A stretch of DNA of 64,000 nt from Octopus sinensis (lineage: Eukaryota). Shown in pieces: positions 25,954 through 38,555 of this stretch. The notes under the pieces are model-generated. The model was not told where the DNA came from and searched no databases. It was given only the letters and a program-made list of their open reading frames with translations. How positions within the stretch are numbered: the stretch's first letter is position 1; each line of letters starts with the position of its first letter. Location of the stretch: NCBI RefSeq assembly GCF_006345805.1, contig NC_043010.1, positions 32,116,001 to 32,180,000 on the forward strand, read 5' to 3'. A program made the translations under genes and the position numbers.

Positions 25954-26978
25954 TCCTCCCTTTTATAGATATGATGAACGCTGTGACTTACTCTCCCTCC
26001 CCCTTTCTCTCTCTCACTTTGTCTTTACCTTTTTTTGTTAGACGCCATCAAACTATCTCTCTTCCTTACACACACTTTTTCTTTACTATTTTTGTTAGAC
26101 GTTGCGAAACACTCTCCCCCCCCCCTCACACACACACACATACATCAACGCACAACTTCTCTCTCTCTCTCACACACACATACATCAACGCACAACTTCT
26201 CTCTCTCCATCACACACACGCACTTTCGCTTGGCTATGGCTAGAAGGGACTTAACTCATGTTAGCAACCTTCAAAATAGGTCAAGGCTATGGCTGAAAAT
26301 AGATTTTTACCTGTATCCGCGGGTGCCTCGGGGAAAAAATAAGTTGACAAAACCCAGGTAGGTAGGTTGTTCATGAATGTCCTCCTAAAATTGGAGCAAC
26401 ATGCGTGCTAATTTGTGGATATGCATAAATTACAATCATGTATACACATCCTGCCTTATATATATACAGATAATTTTCTGTACAGTTTCCAGACCAACTG
26501 CAATCTGTACGGTTACTGCCTTTATAGATACATGACAGTTATTATCCAGAAAATTGTGAATTTTCTCAACCAACGCTGATGTTCTGGTATTTCTCTCCCT
26601 CCCACACCTTTTGTCATCTCTCACTTTCTCTCTATTGTTCTTAAACGTCTTGTAGCTGTGAAAAAGTTAATCCCTAAGCAGACTTGAGCATTTTATAAGT
26701 TTCTTTAGCTTTTTTTCCCCAGTTTAACACAAAATGATATTGCATAGACAGCTTTAAAACTTCCCAACTACATTCTGTAAGCTAGTAAGCTGTGACAAGC
26801 AGTATCACAAATAGGGTGTGTTCAAAGTGCTGTTACAACCATCTCCAATCAGGAATAACAAAATTTGGCAGGTCAGTTTATTAGGTGTATAGTAATGATA
26901 TACCAATATTACAATAATCTAGGACAGTTATAACTACTTTTACTAAAAACCATCTCAAAACTTCCTGAACGCACCTCA
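23691..26978 (-). mobile_element. Mariner (DD34D-type) transposon, internally deleted and split by a Helitron cluster
   Basis: Imperfect TIRs at 23691 and 26978 (TA outside the latter). Minus-strand peptides YAISFCVKLGKKAKETYKML, DDKRCGRERNTRT...GLETVQKII | INDNLNM*KICAKFIPNVLSDE, HPTYSTD...WLFPKLK, FTKWLEHYNKC...GSYF. Confidence 0.85.
24089..26470 (-). mobile_element. Cluster of non-autonomous Helitron family N2: outer copy 26470-24238, nested copy 25974-24728, mini copy 24227-24089
   Basis: Three A|TC starts (TCTGTATATATAAGG, TCATATCTATAAAAGG, TCTAATATATATAAGG) and three CTAG|T ends; the nested copy has the full hairpin CCCGGGCAAGGCCGGG before TTATACTGCTAG. Confidence 0.85.
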
Positions 26979-29059
26979 TATATATTTGTATATCAAAAGA
27001 ATCAAAGGTTCTTCCCATGGTATTGGTTCATAAGGCTGGTTTCTTAGATTCTGTGGTGTATATACTTCCCAGCTGACAGGATGCCAGTCCAATGCAGGAT
27101 TACACTATTTTTGTTAGCTGAATTGGAACAATGTGAAATGAAGTGTTTTGTTCAGGAACACAACACATCATCCAGTCCAGGAACTGAAACCTCAATCTTA
27201 CAATCATGAATGCAACACACTGATTACTAAGCCACACACACACACATGTACAGTATGTTACAATCATGAATCCAACACCCTAATGACTAAGCCATAGACT
27301 AACACACACACTCACTCTCTCTCTCTCTCTCTCTCTCTATTACACACACACACACACACACAAGGAAATGCTAGCATACATGAACATCAAAGTATAAACA
27401 AACTGGAAGTATACTGAATATATGGGGAATTACATGTAGCATGCAAGACTTTGGAGGAGGGGAATCTCAAGATGTTACATCTAGCAAAGAAGATGACAGA
27501 AGCCCATTTTGACTGATGACAGAAGCCCATTTTGACTGATGACAGATGGTGCTGTAGAAAACCTGACATCTGGCACATGCTTAGTGATACACATGTTAAA
27601 ACAGAGGGTAATACATGCACCCTACCCTTGCATATTTCTTTGTGCATGCATCCTTTCTTCCCAACTGTCTATTGTCCATTCTATACCCTCACATCTATTC
27701 TGCTAGTATCTATCTATTCTGCTAGTAACTGTACCTGTTCTATACCCTCTAATTTCCCTATTATTTCTTTTCACACCTTCATCATGATACATTATTTATA
27801 ACTTAGAAGAAAGTATTCAATTTGTGGCTATTGAATATCACCATTTCCAATACTTTCATCACCTATAGCCTGTACCCTTCCTTTCTCTTTCTCCATGAAT
27901 CACTACGATAGAGTGAGGAAAGATGCGTACTGGCAGTCTTTACTTAATCTCCCTGATTTGCCTGTCTCTATATTTTCTTGGTTATGATACCTTTGTGATC
28001 CACTCTTTGTTGTCTTATGCCTCCTTTGCCTGTTACTCTACCCACCCATATATTACATGGGGTAGCACTGCATCTCCTCCTACTCAACCTGTCCCACTGC
28101 CCTTATCCCTTTCTGACTCTCTTTTAAAAATTCCTGACACTATCTTTCCTTTCCCTTCCTGTTACCCACTTCTCAGATTGTCTTAGTGTCTCCTACTACC
28201 CTCTCTTAGCAACAAACCTTTGTAACTCCAATAAAAACTATCTGGACTCTGGATAAACTAGCCAACCCATGCTACTATGACAGATGGCAACCCACCACAT
28301 CACTGGGTCCACCTACTTAATCCACCCCATCATCATTAACACTTTGTCCCTTTCCTCCTTTACTCTTCCATTTCTCCATCATAACACTGTTCTGCTATAT
28401 TCCTTCATTACTATCTCAGGTCTCCATTCAATCTGTCGTGGGAGCTCTTGTTAGCTTAGCAAGTGACATGATAACTCTTACAGGGCTGGGGACACAAAAA
28501 AGCACCCAGTATACACTGTAAGTGATTCATGATTGATTTGCAACAAAAATGCAGCACTTAATAGAGGAACTCTTTAGTCTTGGTGATAGCAAGACAACCT
28601 CAGAAGAGTTGGTGTCATGAAAAAATGCACCCAGTATACACTGTAAAGTGATTGGCTGCAGGGAGTACAGCCATCTGTAGTAGAAACCATGTGAAAAAGA
28701 GACTCCAGAGCAAAATATGATCATCCAACCCCTTGAATCCTCTCTAAACCATTCTATTCATGCCAATTTAGAAAACAATGATGATGATAAGAGGATGTTA
28801 CACACACACACACAAACGCTCATACGTGCATATTCATAGATCTAATACCATCATGGAAAGTTATATATAACTATGTTTATCTTAATAATGATGATGGTAA
28901 TATATGTATCTATATATTTATTTGCATGTATGTTTATACAAGCAGAAGGAGAGAGGCGGGGGTGATGACAAATATCTTACTATATTGATAACATAGCTAA
29001 ACGCGTGACAACTATGACAGAAATATGAAATCTGGAATATCCAATCAAAAACAAAAGAC

Positions 29060-29230
29060 ACAATGAACCAATCCTTCATTTCTTTTCCATTAATTCAAAA
29101 TGCTATTGCCAAATCTGACAGTTCATCATATCTTAGGGTGGAAGTTAAAGGATCTGGTAACCTTGTCAAGTTGGTGCCAATACAGACTTGGCTGAATTTT
29201 AATATATTTTAACTTAGAACCCATAACAAA
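29060..29230. repeat. Unclassified dispersed repeat (second copy ~40065-40220)
   Basis: tgaaccaat.cttcatttcttttccattaatt...ggaagttaaagg...ggtgccaata shared between the two sites. Confidence 0.55.
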
Positions 29231-29470
29231 GGGAAACAATAATACATTAGAAATCAACTCTATTTAGGTCTATCTATATATCCCACAACCTATTTTTAAG
29301 ATGATCAGGTAAACTTCAAAAGACATTTTACTATTTCTAGCTTGTTGAGCATGTCATAGAGACTCCCTTACTGCTGTTACTACTGCTAGTGTTTTAAACA
29401 AATCAGCCTTGATGAAGCAGGCCATAACTAAGACAGTCAGTACATCTATGACTATATTATTCAATGTATA

Positions 29471-29702
29471 GGTGGCGAGCTGGCAGAAATGTTAGCATGC
29501 CGGGCGAAATGCTTAGCGGTATCTCGTCTGTCGTTACGTTCTGAGTTCAAATTCAGCCAAGGTCGACTTTGCCTTTCATCCTTTCGGGGTCGATAAATAA
29601 AGTACCCAGTTTTGCACTGGGGTCGATGTAATCGACTTAATCTCTTTGTCTGTCCTTGTTTGTCCCCTCTATGTTTAGCCCCTTGTGGGCAGTAAAGAAA
29701 TA
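29471..29702 (+). mobile_element. SINE family A, full length
   Basis: 17-bp TSD tatattattcaatgtat (29453-29469 / 29703-29719). Confidence 0.93.
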
Positions 29703-30369
29703 TATATTATTCAATGTATCCTTCTTGGGATTTGGGGGAAGTTCAGCTGGTGTTTCCATTATGTTGAGTAACAATGTAGAAGTGGTAGTGGTATTTTTGA
29801 ATATTCTTTTATTGCCTTCAACCATGCTGGAGTTTTGGGGTTTTAATCTATTCTAATGATCTCCATACTTCATTTGGTAATTATCTTATTGTTATTACGT
29901 TAGATGCAAGAAAATGTAGGCCTTGAATGTAAAGGGATGTAATCAAGACAGAAGCAAATATCACAAAGCATTCTACACTTTGTTGAAAAAACATTTCACT
30001 TTAATATCATGGAGTTTGAACAAGTATAGTAAGGTTCCTTCACTGTGTAAGATGTAATGCTTAGGGTTAAGAAATCTGTTTACCAATAGCAGGAAACAAC
30101 ACTGATAATAATAATTAATAACAACAACAACAACAATAACAACAACAACAACAACAACAATAATAACAATAATAATAACCATAATAATAGTAATGATGAT
30201 GATTTTAAATTTTGGCACAAGGCCAACAACTTTTGAGGGGAGAGAGAAGTTGAATATGTCAACTCCACTACTTGACTGGTACTAATTTTATTGCCCCTGA
30301 AAAAATGACAGCCAAAATTGGCCTCAACAGAATTTAAACTCAGGATGGACCAGTACCCTACGAAAATGA

Positions 30370-32985
30370 TCACCATCAAAATGAATTGGGCATTATTCCT
30401 CATGTCCTGCAAATAAAATCAAAAAGCATAAATGGACACATGAGGAATATATTTCAATCCTACACACTTATTTTACAGCAGTGTTCTACCCACAGAACGA
30501 AAACACAACATCATATCCATAAAAGGGAGGATGTGTGTGTGTGTGTGTGTACGTGATTGTAATTTATGCACATCCACACATTAGCATGCATGTCGCTCCA
30601 ATTTTAGGACATTTGTCAACACTATATCTGGGTTTTGTCAACTTATTTTTTCTCCGAGGCACCCGTGGGTAGTGTAAATATCTATTTTCAGACATAGCTT
30701 TTAGCCACGAAAATTATCAGCCTTGGCTTTTTTGATGGCGTCTAACAAAAAAAAGTAAGATAAAGAAAAGTGGAAGAAGGAGGCAGAGAGTTTCACAGGA
30801 AAGACAAAGTGAGCGAGGGAGAGAGAGAGAGAGAGTAAGTTATGACGTTCATAAAAAGTAAAATGTAAAATGTTTTATTTTTTTGTTTTTGAAAGACACT
30901 ATATTTTATAATCATAGTATATATACTTTAGTGAAAATCGTGTGAGTGTTAATCTACAAATTTATCAACATTTTTTCCATTCATTTCTGTTTATGAACAT
31001 ATATGCGTGCACAAAACATGCAATAGATGTACGTACGTACGTGTGTGTATGTGTATTCGTGTCTGTTGCTCATATATATTTATATTATATTATATATATA
31101 TAATATAACTAATTTCAACGGATTTTGCCCAAATTTGACGCCTATATTACTTAGTTTGGTTTGAAATAAAGAACTTGATTAGCTAAATAATCGTAACTTA
31201 ATCCTGGGCAAGGCCAGATTATACTGCTAGCATACATATAAAATCAGGAAGAAAAATAGCCTAGATAAAGATTTGGATACAGCAATGAAACCTAATATAC
31301 TAGCTAACATATGGAGATATATTCTCAAAGCAAAAAAAATAAAATATCAGAAATAGAAATAGAACACTTAAAAGGAAAAATACATCAGGAAAACGTAGAT
31401 AGTAACCTCACAGCAATGACAATAATATTATAAGCACTGGGACTGTAAAATACAAAGACAGACATAACATGTCCAACAAAAACGAAGTAACTAACAAAAG
31501 ACAACAAACCAAAACTATAGGAATGTATAATGATGAGCAAAATGCACCAAACCAGAACAGCACAGACAAAAATATGAATGGGAGAGAATACGAAACAAAT
31601 CTAAAACCTGGAAATGGCGACAGTGAAACTAATGATTGTGATACTCTAAAATTGAGTATAATCAATATGGACTACCAATTGTACTTCTCAAAAATTAAAA
31701 TTGATAATAAAACATCAATAATAATTAGCATGAACCTGGCCATCACAGAACTAATAGCCACAAAAACAAATGTCAATATGACCAGGTTAAATGATATGAT
31801 ATATGCAGCAGTGTCTGTGGCCACAAAAGAAGCAGGATATCCCCTCAAACCCATCCAAACAGGAGTATCACCACCCAAAGAAATACTGTGGATAAATAAT
31901 ATCCAGAAAAAATGGAAAATAAAAGAAAGGATCCTTTCTTTTATTTTCTATTTTTTCCTAAACAAAATCCTTAACAAAACTAGAAGACAATCAACACTAC
32001 TAAGTAACAAGAAGAGAAGAAAAATACTACATAAATACAAAATTTCAGAACAAGGTATACCTGCGGTAAAAGAACAACTAAAGCAAGCACAAAGAATCCA
32101 CTGGTATGAGAAATGCCAATGTTCCTTTGAACAAAACAAACAGTTCAACTCCAGCACTTGGTAAAAATAAAATAGAGATCAATGCAGTACGAACAGCAGA
32201 AGAAGTGGAAAAATGTTGGAAAGATATATGGTTGGTGAAGATCAGAAAAGATCTATCAAAACAACACAGCACCTAAACAACTCTAGACAACACTACCAAT
32301 AGTAACAAATGCAGAATGTGTGATGAGAGGGGTGAAACAGTATGACACATCGTTAGCAGATGCAAGAAATTAGCACAACATGAATACAAAAGACACCATG
32401 ACAATGTGGCAAGAATGATCCATTGGGAGCTCTGTGGAAATCATGGCCTGCAAAGAGCAAAGACATGATATGAGAAAACTCCAGAAGTAGTCACCAAAAA
32501 CGAGAACTGCAAAATCTTGTGGGATGCAATGATTCAGTCCAATTACCTGACCAGACATCGGAAACTGGACATTGTTGTGGTGAATAAAAAAGAAAGAACA
32601 TGTATACTACTCCACATTGCATGCCCCGGTGACAACAGGATCCATGTGAAAGAAGACAAAATAAATAACCATGACAATTTGAAGTGGAAAGTATGAAGGT
32701 TGTGGTCAATGAAGAGAGTAGACATGATACCAATAGTAATTGGTGAACTTGGAAGTATCAGCACTCAACTACCAGCATGACTGAAAAAGATTGGTGCAAG
32801 TGTGAAGGCAGAACACCTACAAAAATCAGTATTGCTTGGAACTGCAAGAAGTCTTTGCAGGGTTCTTGAAGCATGACCAGTAAACAAGTGTCACCTTAAT
32901 CTGCCGGTTGTGGATAGCAGACACTTTCCATCATACCCAGTAAAATAAGCTGTGTGTTTTCATATAATAATAATAATTAAAATAA
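30370..32985 (+). mobile_element. Dong/R4-clade LINE lacking the RT domain, interrupted by a Helitron
   Basis: N-terminal KWTHEEYISILHTYFTA, MIYAAVSVATKEAG, VKEQLKQ...EQNKQF joined near 32230-32270 to the CCHC knuckle CRMCDERGETV*HIVSRC and restriction-like endonuclease (KILWD...LDIVVVNKKERTC...IACPGD...LQKSVLLGTAR); (TAA)n tail. Confidence 0.88.
30511..31230 (+). mobile_element. Non-autonomous Helitron family N2 (720 bp)
   Basis: A|TCATATCCATAAAAGGGAGG start; CCTGGGCAAGGCCAG hairpin remnant then ATACTGCTAG; removing it restores the Dong N-terminal reading NTT|HTYKI. Confidence 0.88.
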
Positions 32986-33044
32986 TGAGGAGGAGGAGGA
33001 GATGATGATGATGATGATGATGATGCAACAGTGGAAGCAGCAGA

Positions 33045-33583
33045 ACCAGATAGTGGCTCCCATAGTTTCTGATCTTAACTGACTGGAAGTGTTATGTGCG
33101 TTGTTTTGTCTTTGTATAAAAGATAGGCTACAGTAAATATTCTGCTCAATACCACAGATTTGCTTGTCAGTTGTTTGACCTCAAACAGTTGAGCATATCC
33201 CTTAATAGCTGATGACATGTGTATCTCTGATCATGAACAGAAGTAATGGGAGAGTATCATAGCCATGTGTTGAGAGGAATTCTTTGGAGTTTATATAATT
33301 CAGCCCTGAAAACATGAGTGTTTTGTTCAACATCCTTAAACAACCCTTATTCAGGGATCTTTTGAGCAAGATGGGCTACCAGACCTGAAGAAAAAATTCT
33401 AACGGGTTATGCAAGGTTATGTACTGTTAATCTTGATATGGTATCACCATGTCATGAACATATGGTTGTGATGCATGTGTCTGACATACCCTTATCAGAC
33501 GGGCAGTCATGATGGGTGTACTGGGCTTCGTATATTTTACTTCAGTGTCACTTTGATGGCATGCACTGATCTTTCACTCAATA

Positions 33584-33618
<35 letters not shown>
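33045..33618 (+). mobile_element. Family E non-coding retroposon-like repeat with (AAT)n tail
   Basis: Shares aaatattctg.tcaataccacagatttgcttg...attctttgg with 38180-38370; ends ctttcactcaataatagtaataat. Confidence 0.6.
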
Positions 33619-33887
33619 TCAATGAGAAGAGTAGACGTGATACCAGTAGTAACTGGTGCACTTGGAAGTATCAGAACTCAACTTCCAACATGGCTGAAAA
33701 AGATTGGTACAAATGTAAAGATAGACCACCTACAAAAATCAGCATTGCTTGGAGCTGCAAGAAGTCTTCAGCAGGATCTTGAAGCATGATTAGTAAATAA
33801 GTGTCACCTTAGTCTATTGGCTGTAGACAGCTGACACTTTCCATCATACCCAGAAAAATAAGCTGAGAGTTTTCCTCGTATAATAAT
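33619..33887 (+). mobile_element. 5'-truncated Dong/R4 3' end inserted in (AAT)n
   Basis: MRRVDVIPVVTGALGS...LQKSALLGAARSLQQDLEA* plus a 3' UTR similar to 32880-32965; AAT repeats on both sides. Confidence 0.88.
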
Positions 33888-35116
33888 CCTAACATTGGTA
33901 CAAAAGCAAAAATGTTAGGTGGATGGATTAGCCATTTCATCAACCCCTCACCCACCCAGTACTGGCACCAAATCCTCCTTAACCAAAAATATTTAATCTC
34001 TCTTGAGAAACATCTCAAAAGCGCAGCTATAGAAAAAGCATTTGATTGTAAAATACTATTACAGAAAGGGGATTATGACGAATATGATTACACTGTCATG
34101 GTATGTGTGGAACCTGTCCATACTTTAGCATGGACCACATCCATAAGAGATGTGATCTTGAGACAATACTGCATTAACTGGCCTATTGCCAATGTCTATA
34201 CATTAAATATGATGCATAGATGAATAGTTTGATGTTTTAATTCAATACTGCCTCAGTTGTGAATTCCAGATTTTTATTCATCCAGGTGGTCGTTTACAAC
34301 ATCTGTGAGTATTTTATTCCATTATTTCAGAAGTGAGAAATTCTCATTCAGGTTTGGGATTAGCTGTGAGTATGCTTAATTGAACAGCCCAAAAGGGCTG
34401 AAATGCACTGGGTGCTCTTGTTGGCCATGACTTAGAGGAAGTTATTTTCTCTCTCCGTTATTTATTGTGTTTTTGACACAGCATATCCATATGGGCAAAT
34501 ACTGCAGTAACTGGCCTATACACATTGATATGTAAATGGATGTTTTAAACATTTGTTGTTGAATTTCCTTCTATACTCTCTCAAAATAAAAGTAGAAAAA
34601 GAAGGGAAGTGCATGATTGTCACTACACATTTTAATTTCCTGCTTCTTAACAAACCTGGAACTGTAAAGCTATTGTACCTTACCAGCATGTAAAATCAAT
34701 ATTCAGATTCCGAGTGAGCAAGACCAGATATTTATGATTAGAATAACAACTTTAACTAAAAGCCATGCTGTCAGGTTTCATGTTATAGAGGGGAGTGCTG
34801 TTATTGCATTACTTCCATTGTAAATCCTGGGAAGGACAGAGTCATCTGTCAAAATAAATAATCTCTTCACAAGGTTAGTGAGAAAATCTGGCTATTAACT
34901 GTAGATTTACTTGGAGTTACCTTCATCCAGATTAAGTAATGCACTTTGGCGAAATTTTTGAAATCTTTATCAAATGTCAAATTTATTCAAATTTCATGTT
35001 TCCTAGGACAAAGTACTTCAAGATTAAGAAACCAGGTGGATCAGTCAATGGTAAATGCAGATACACATGTTTATATACATGTGTGTGTGCATGTGTGTGT
35101 GTGCACATATATGCAT

Positions 35117-35168
<52 letters not shown>

Positions 35169-36224
35169 ACATATATATACATACATCATCATCATCATCA
35201 TCATCATTTAGCGTCCGTTCTCCATGCTAGCATGGGTTGGACGGTTCAACTGGGGTCTGTGAAGCTGGAAGGCTTCATCAGGCCCAGTCAGATCTGGCAG
35301 TGTTTCTACGGCTGGATGCCCTTCCTAACATATATATATATATATATATATATACATACATGTGTGTGTGTGTGTGTAGTGGATGAACAATTAAGAACTT
35401 AGCTTCTCAATGCATGAGGTCTTGGATTCCATCCCACAGCAGTGTCTGGGGTAAATGTCATTTTATATAGCTTTGGGTTGACCTAGAATGTATGGGTTGA
35501 CAGAAATGTATAGAAGCACATATCTGTGGGATACTCAGTCACTTACATGCTATTTCAATGAGTAGAAACATATTGAATATACTTTGGAATTCATTAATTG
35601 CAAGGTAAAAGGAGTTGTACAAGTTCTTCTTATTGTTATTTTCCCCTTACCTATATATCATAACTAGTGCTGGAAGCTGATTGGATAATGATACTCTATG
35701 TGGAGCTCTGACTCATATATTAGTAGTTGTACATCTAACTGTATAAACAATACATACATACATATATTTACAAAATTGAACACACATACACATGTGTGCT
35801 GTTAGCTCATGAGTTGGCTGCAGTTTTTAGGTGAAAGAGAACATATTCTCTATGCGTCTGGTGTAAAAAAACACCTGAAAGTCAGTTACAGTTAAGTGAG
35901 TCAACTCACATTAGGTCCTTTCTCGGAGTGACAGACATTGATGTTTCATTATTGTTTTGACTTACACCAGGTGTATGGAGGATAAATTCTCTTATGGCTA
36001 AAAGCTACAGTTGACCCATGAACTAGCAACACACATTACCTGTGTATGTGTGTTCGATTTTGTTTATATATCTCAAGCTGCTTCAAATTCATATTTGAAT
36101 ACAGATATTTATATATATGTACACAGCTTTATGTTAGATGAATGAGAAAAGAGTGCATAATGCATGTAGGATATGGTTTTTTAGTTTCAGTTTCATCAGA
36201 AAATTCTGTGTGTGTATGTATGCT

Positions 36225-36860
36225 TAGTGCTTAATGACTCAGAGACGAGGTGGTGAAGCATGATCTTTGAACTTTGAGACTCACAGAGGGGATGACAAAT
36301 GACCAAGACCTCTGGCGATATGCTGTACATGAGAAGACTCATCTGGCCAAGTGAAATCATAGTTGTGGCCATGCTGGTGTCATGGAAATGGCAATTGTGC
36401 ATTATAGTCATCATCATTGCTGGTGCCATGTAAATGACACTTGTGAATCGTAGTCATGTTTGCTGCCAGTGCCATGAAAATGGCACCCATGTATCGTAGT
36501 CATGGTCATTGATGGTGCCATGTAAATGGCACCCATGAGTTGTGGTCATTGCCAGTGCCATGTAAATGGCACTCATAAATCATAGTCATGGTTGCTGCTG
36601 GTGCCATGTCAATGGTACCTGTGCATCGTAGTTGTGGCTATTGCCGGTGCCATGCATTTTGAACCTGTGAATTGTAGGTGTGGTCATTGCCAGTGTCATT
36701 TAAATGGCACCTGTGCCTCGTAGTCAAGGTCATTGTCGGTGCCAAGTGCACCGCACCCATGAATCGTAGTCCTGGTTGTTACCAGTGTCATGTAAATGGC
36801 ACCCACACTGGTGGTATGTAAAGGCACCCATTACACTCTTTGAGTAGTTGGCATCCAGCT
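36225..36860 (+). mobile_element. Family D copy with an expanded 46-bp internal tandem array
   Basis: RTE C-terminal remnant followed by about 10 units starting GTGCCATGTAAATGGCAC at 36377, 36423, 36469, 36515, 36555, 36601, 36647, 36693, 36739, 36785. Confidence 0.8.
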
Positions 36861-37238
36861 GTAGAGATCATTGTAATCCAATGTTTGATTGTTATATTGT
36901 CCACTCAGGTATAACAGTATAGTTAGTTAACTAAAGACACGACTATCTATGACTGACCTCTTGACCACTTGACTTCCTTACATCACAGTATTTGTAATGA
37001 CTAGCACATACCGCTCGTCACGTGGGAAGGGTGTTCCATTATTATTATTATCCCCATAACAGAAACCATGCCAAATCAGACTGAAACCTGGTGCAGCTTT
37101 CTGGCTCATCAGCTCCAGCCAAACCATCTAACCCATGCTAGCTTGGAGAATGGATGTTAAACGATGATGCCAATGAGGATATATGTGATGAGGAAGAGAA
37201 TAATATATGCTAAAGATTCTCTATGAACTGGCACTTAC

Positions 37239-38555
37239 CTTTTAGCTAAGAAAGTGAAAAATGTTAGTGGTTCTGAAATAAAGTAGGGAGATAATTTCAA
37301 CAAATTTAGTTTTAATTTTACTGAAAATGATTAATTTTCATTCTCAAGGGAAAAATCTTTGATTTGGTACCAAATGAAGGGATAACTATGTATTTGTTCC
37401 CATATTATTGTACCTCATTAGCAAAGTATAGTAATCTCAAAACTTGTACATCAATGGACAAAATTTTTTATGAGTAGTAAAAGTGTTACAAGCTATTTTG
37501 GTCAGTAGGTATTGACAAAATTATAAAAAGAGAGCTGAATCAAATATGTTAATAGAGTGAATAAGACTAAAACATACCTTTAGCTTCCACCTTTCCTACT
37601 TAGATATAATTTTTCTGTAAGCATGAAAATCGATAATCTTCTCTGAATTTCTCTTCTCCTATCTTGTATTTTGGGAGTTTCCTTATGCTAATAATAAACA
37701 TACATGTTGATTATATTTCTCTCCTTTATTTTAATTAATTAATTTGTTAACCAATCAACTCATTGATTTATTGATTAACCATCCATTTTGTCAATCAAAC
37801 CAATTGATTGAACAAATAATTAATTAAAATATCACTAAATTAAGTAACAAAGTGAAATAGAACCAGTGCATGTGTTTATTATTGTTGTCACGACCCTCCC
37901 AAGATACAACAAAATCTGTTTCAGCACATGAATCCACATCAAGAATCTTGCAAATCAAATACAAAAGTGAAATTTAATCCTTTATCTCTTGAAGTTATCT
38001 CTCCTTTTCTTTGTAACAAAATTTCATTTTTTTTTGTCTTTGGACACTAAGTACTATTTCCTATTTACTTCTAACTAGAAATCAAAGGAAACAACAACTA
38101 ATCCCTTCAAACTTTGCTTTTGTGACCTGGACACCAATGTTTTGAAATCATCTATTTTCCATTACATTCCGGAGATTCACTGCTGAGTTGTTGAAGCAGA
38201 AATATTATAGCAAATATTCTGATCAATACCACAGATTTGCTTGTTAGTTGCTTCACCTTAACCACTTGAGCATTACCCTTAATGACTGAAAATATGTGCA
38301 CCCATGAGCTGGAGTAGTTGGGGAGCACTATAACCCTGTGTTGAAAGGGATTCTTTGGGGTTTGAATAAATGTAACAAAACCAAAGTTTGATGGTAATAT
38401 TAACCATTTTTCATACTTCCTAGGGGTAAGCAAATAAGAAATAACAGTTACTACCCAAGGACGAAAATCGTATTACACAGTGTAATTACCAACAATTGTC
38501 ACTAGGATTCCTATCCCTTCTTCAATGACCAAGAAAATTTCAGTTTGACAATTTT
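37239..38555 (-). CDS. Speculative exon pair (38555-38490 and 37272-37239)
   Basis: ttatttacatag|...|gtaatt (66 nt) and ctactttatttcag|...AAG|gtaagt (34 nt) are phase-compatible: NCQTEIFLVIEEGIGILVTIV-EPLTFFTFLAK. No homology recognised. Confidence 0.2.
38180..38370 (+). repeat. Family E fragment
   Basis: Similar to 33130-33300. Confidence 0.6.

Noticed and set aside
27492-27545. 23-bp tandem duplication containing CTGATGA
   Set aside because: Simple slippage duplication; no helix II, GAAA or helix I. The 31-bp duplication at ~4081-4142 is similarly trivial.
29405-29445. ttgatgaagcagg...aagacagtcagt as a decayed hammerhead
   Set aside because: Too many core mismatches and no helix I.
31469-32164. 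Longest ORF (231 aa) as a host gene
   Set aside because: It is the N-terminal part of the Dong/R4 LINE ORF.
36377-36830. CRISPR-like look (palindromic repeat with regular spacing)
   Set aside because: Linkers are homologous to one another, the array lies inside a LINE 3' UTR in eukaryotic DNA, and there are no cas genes.
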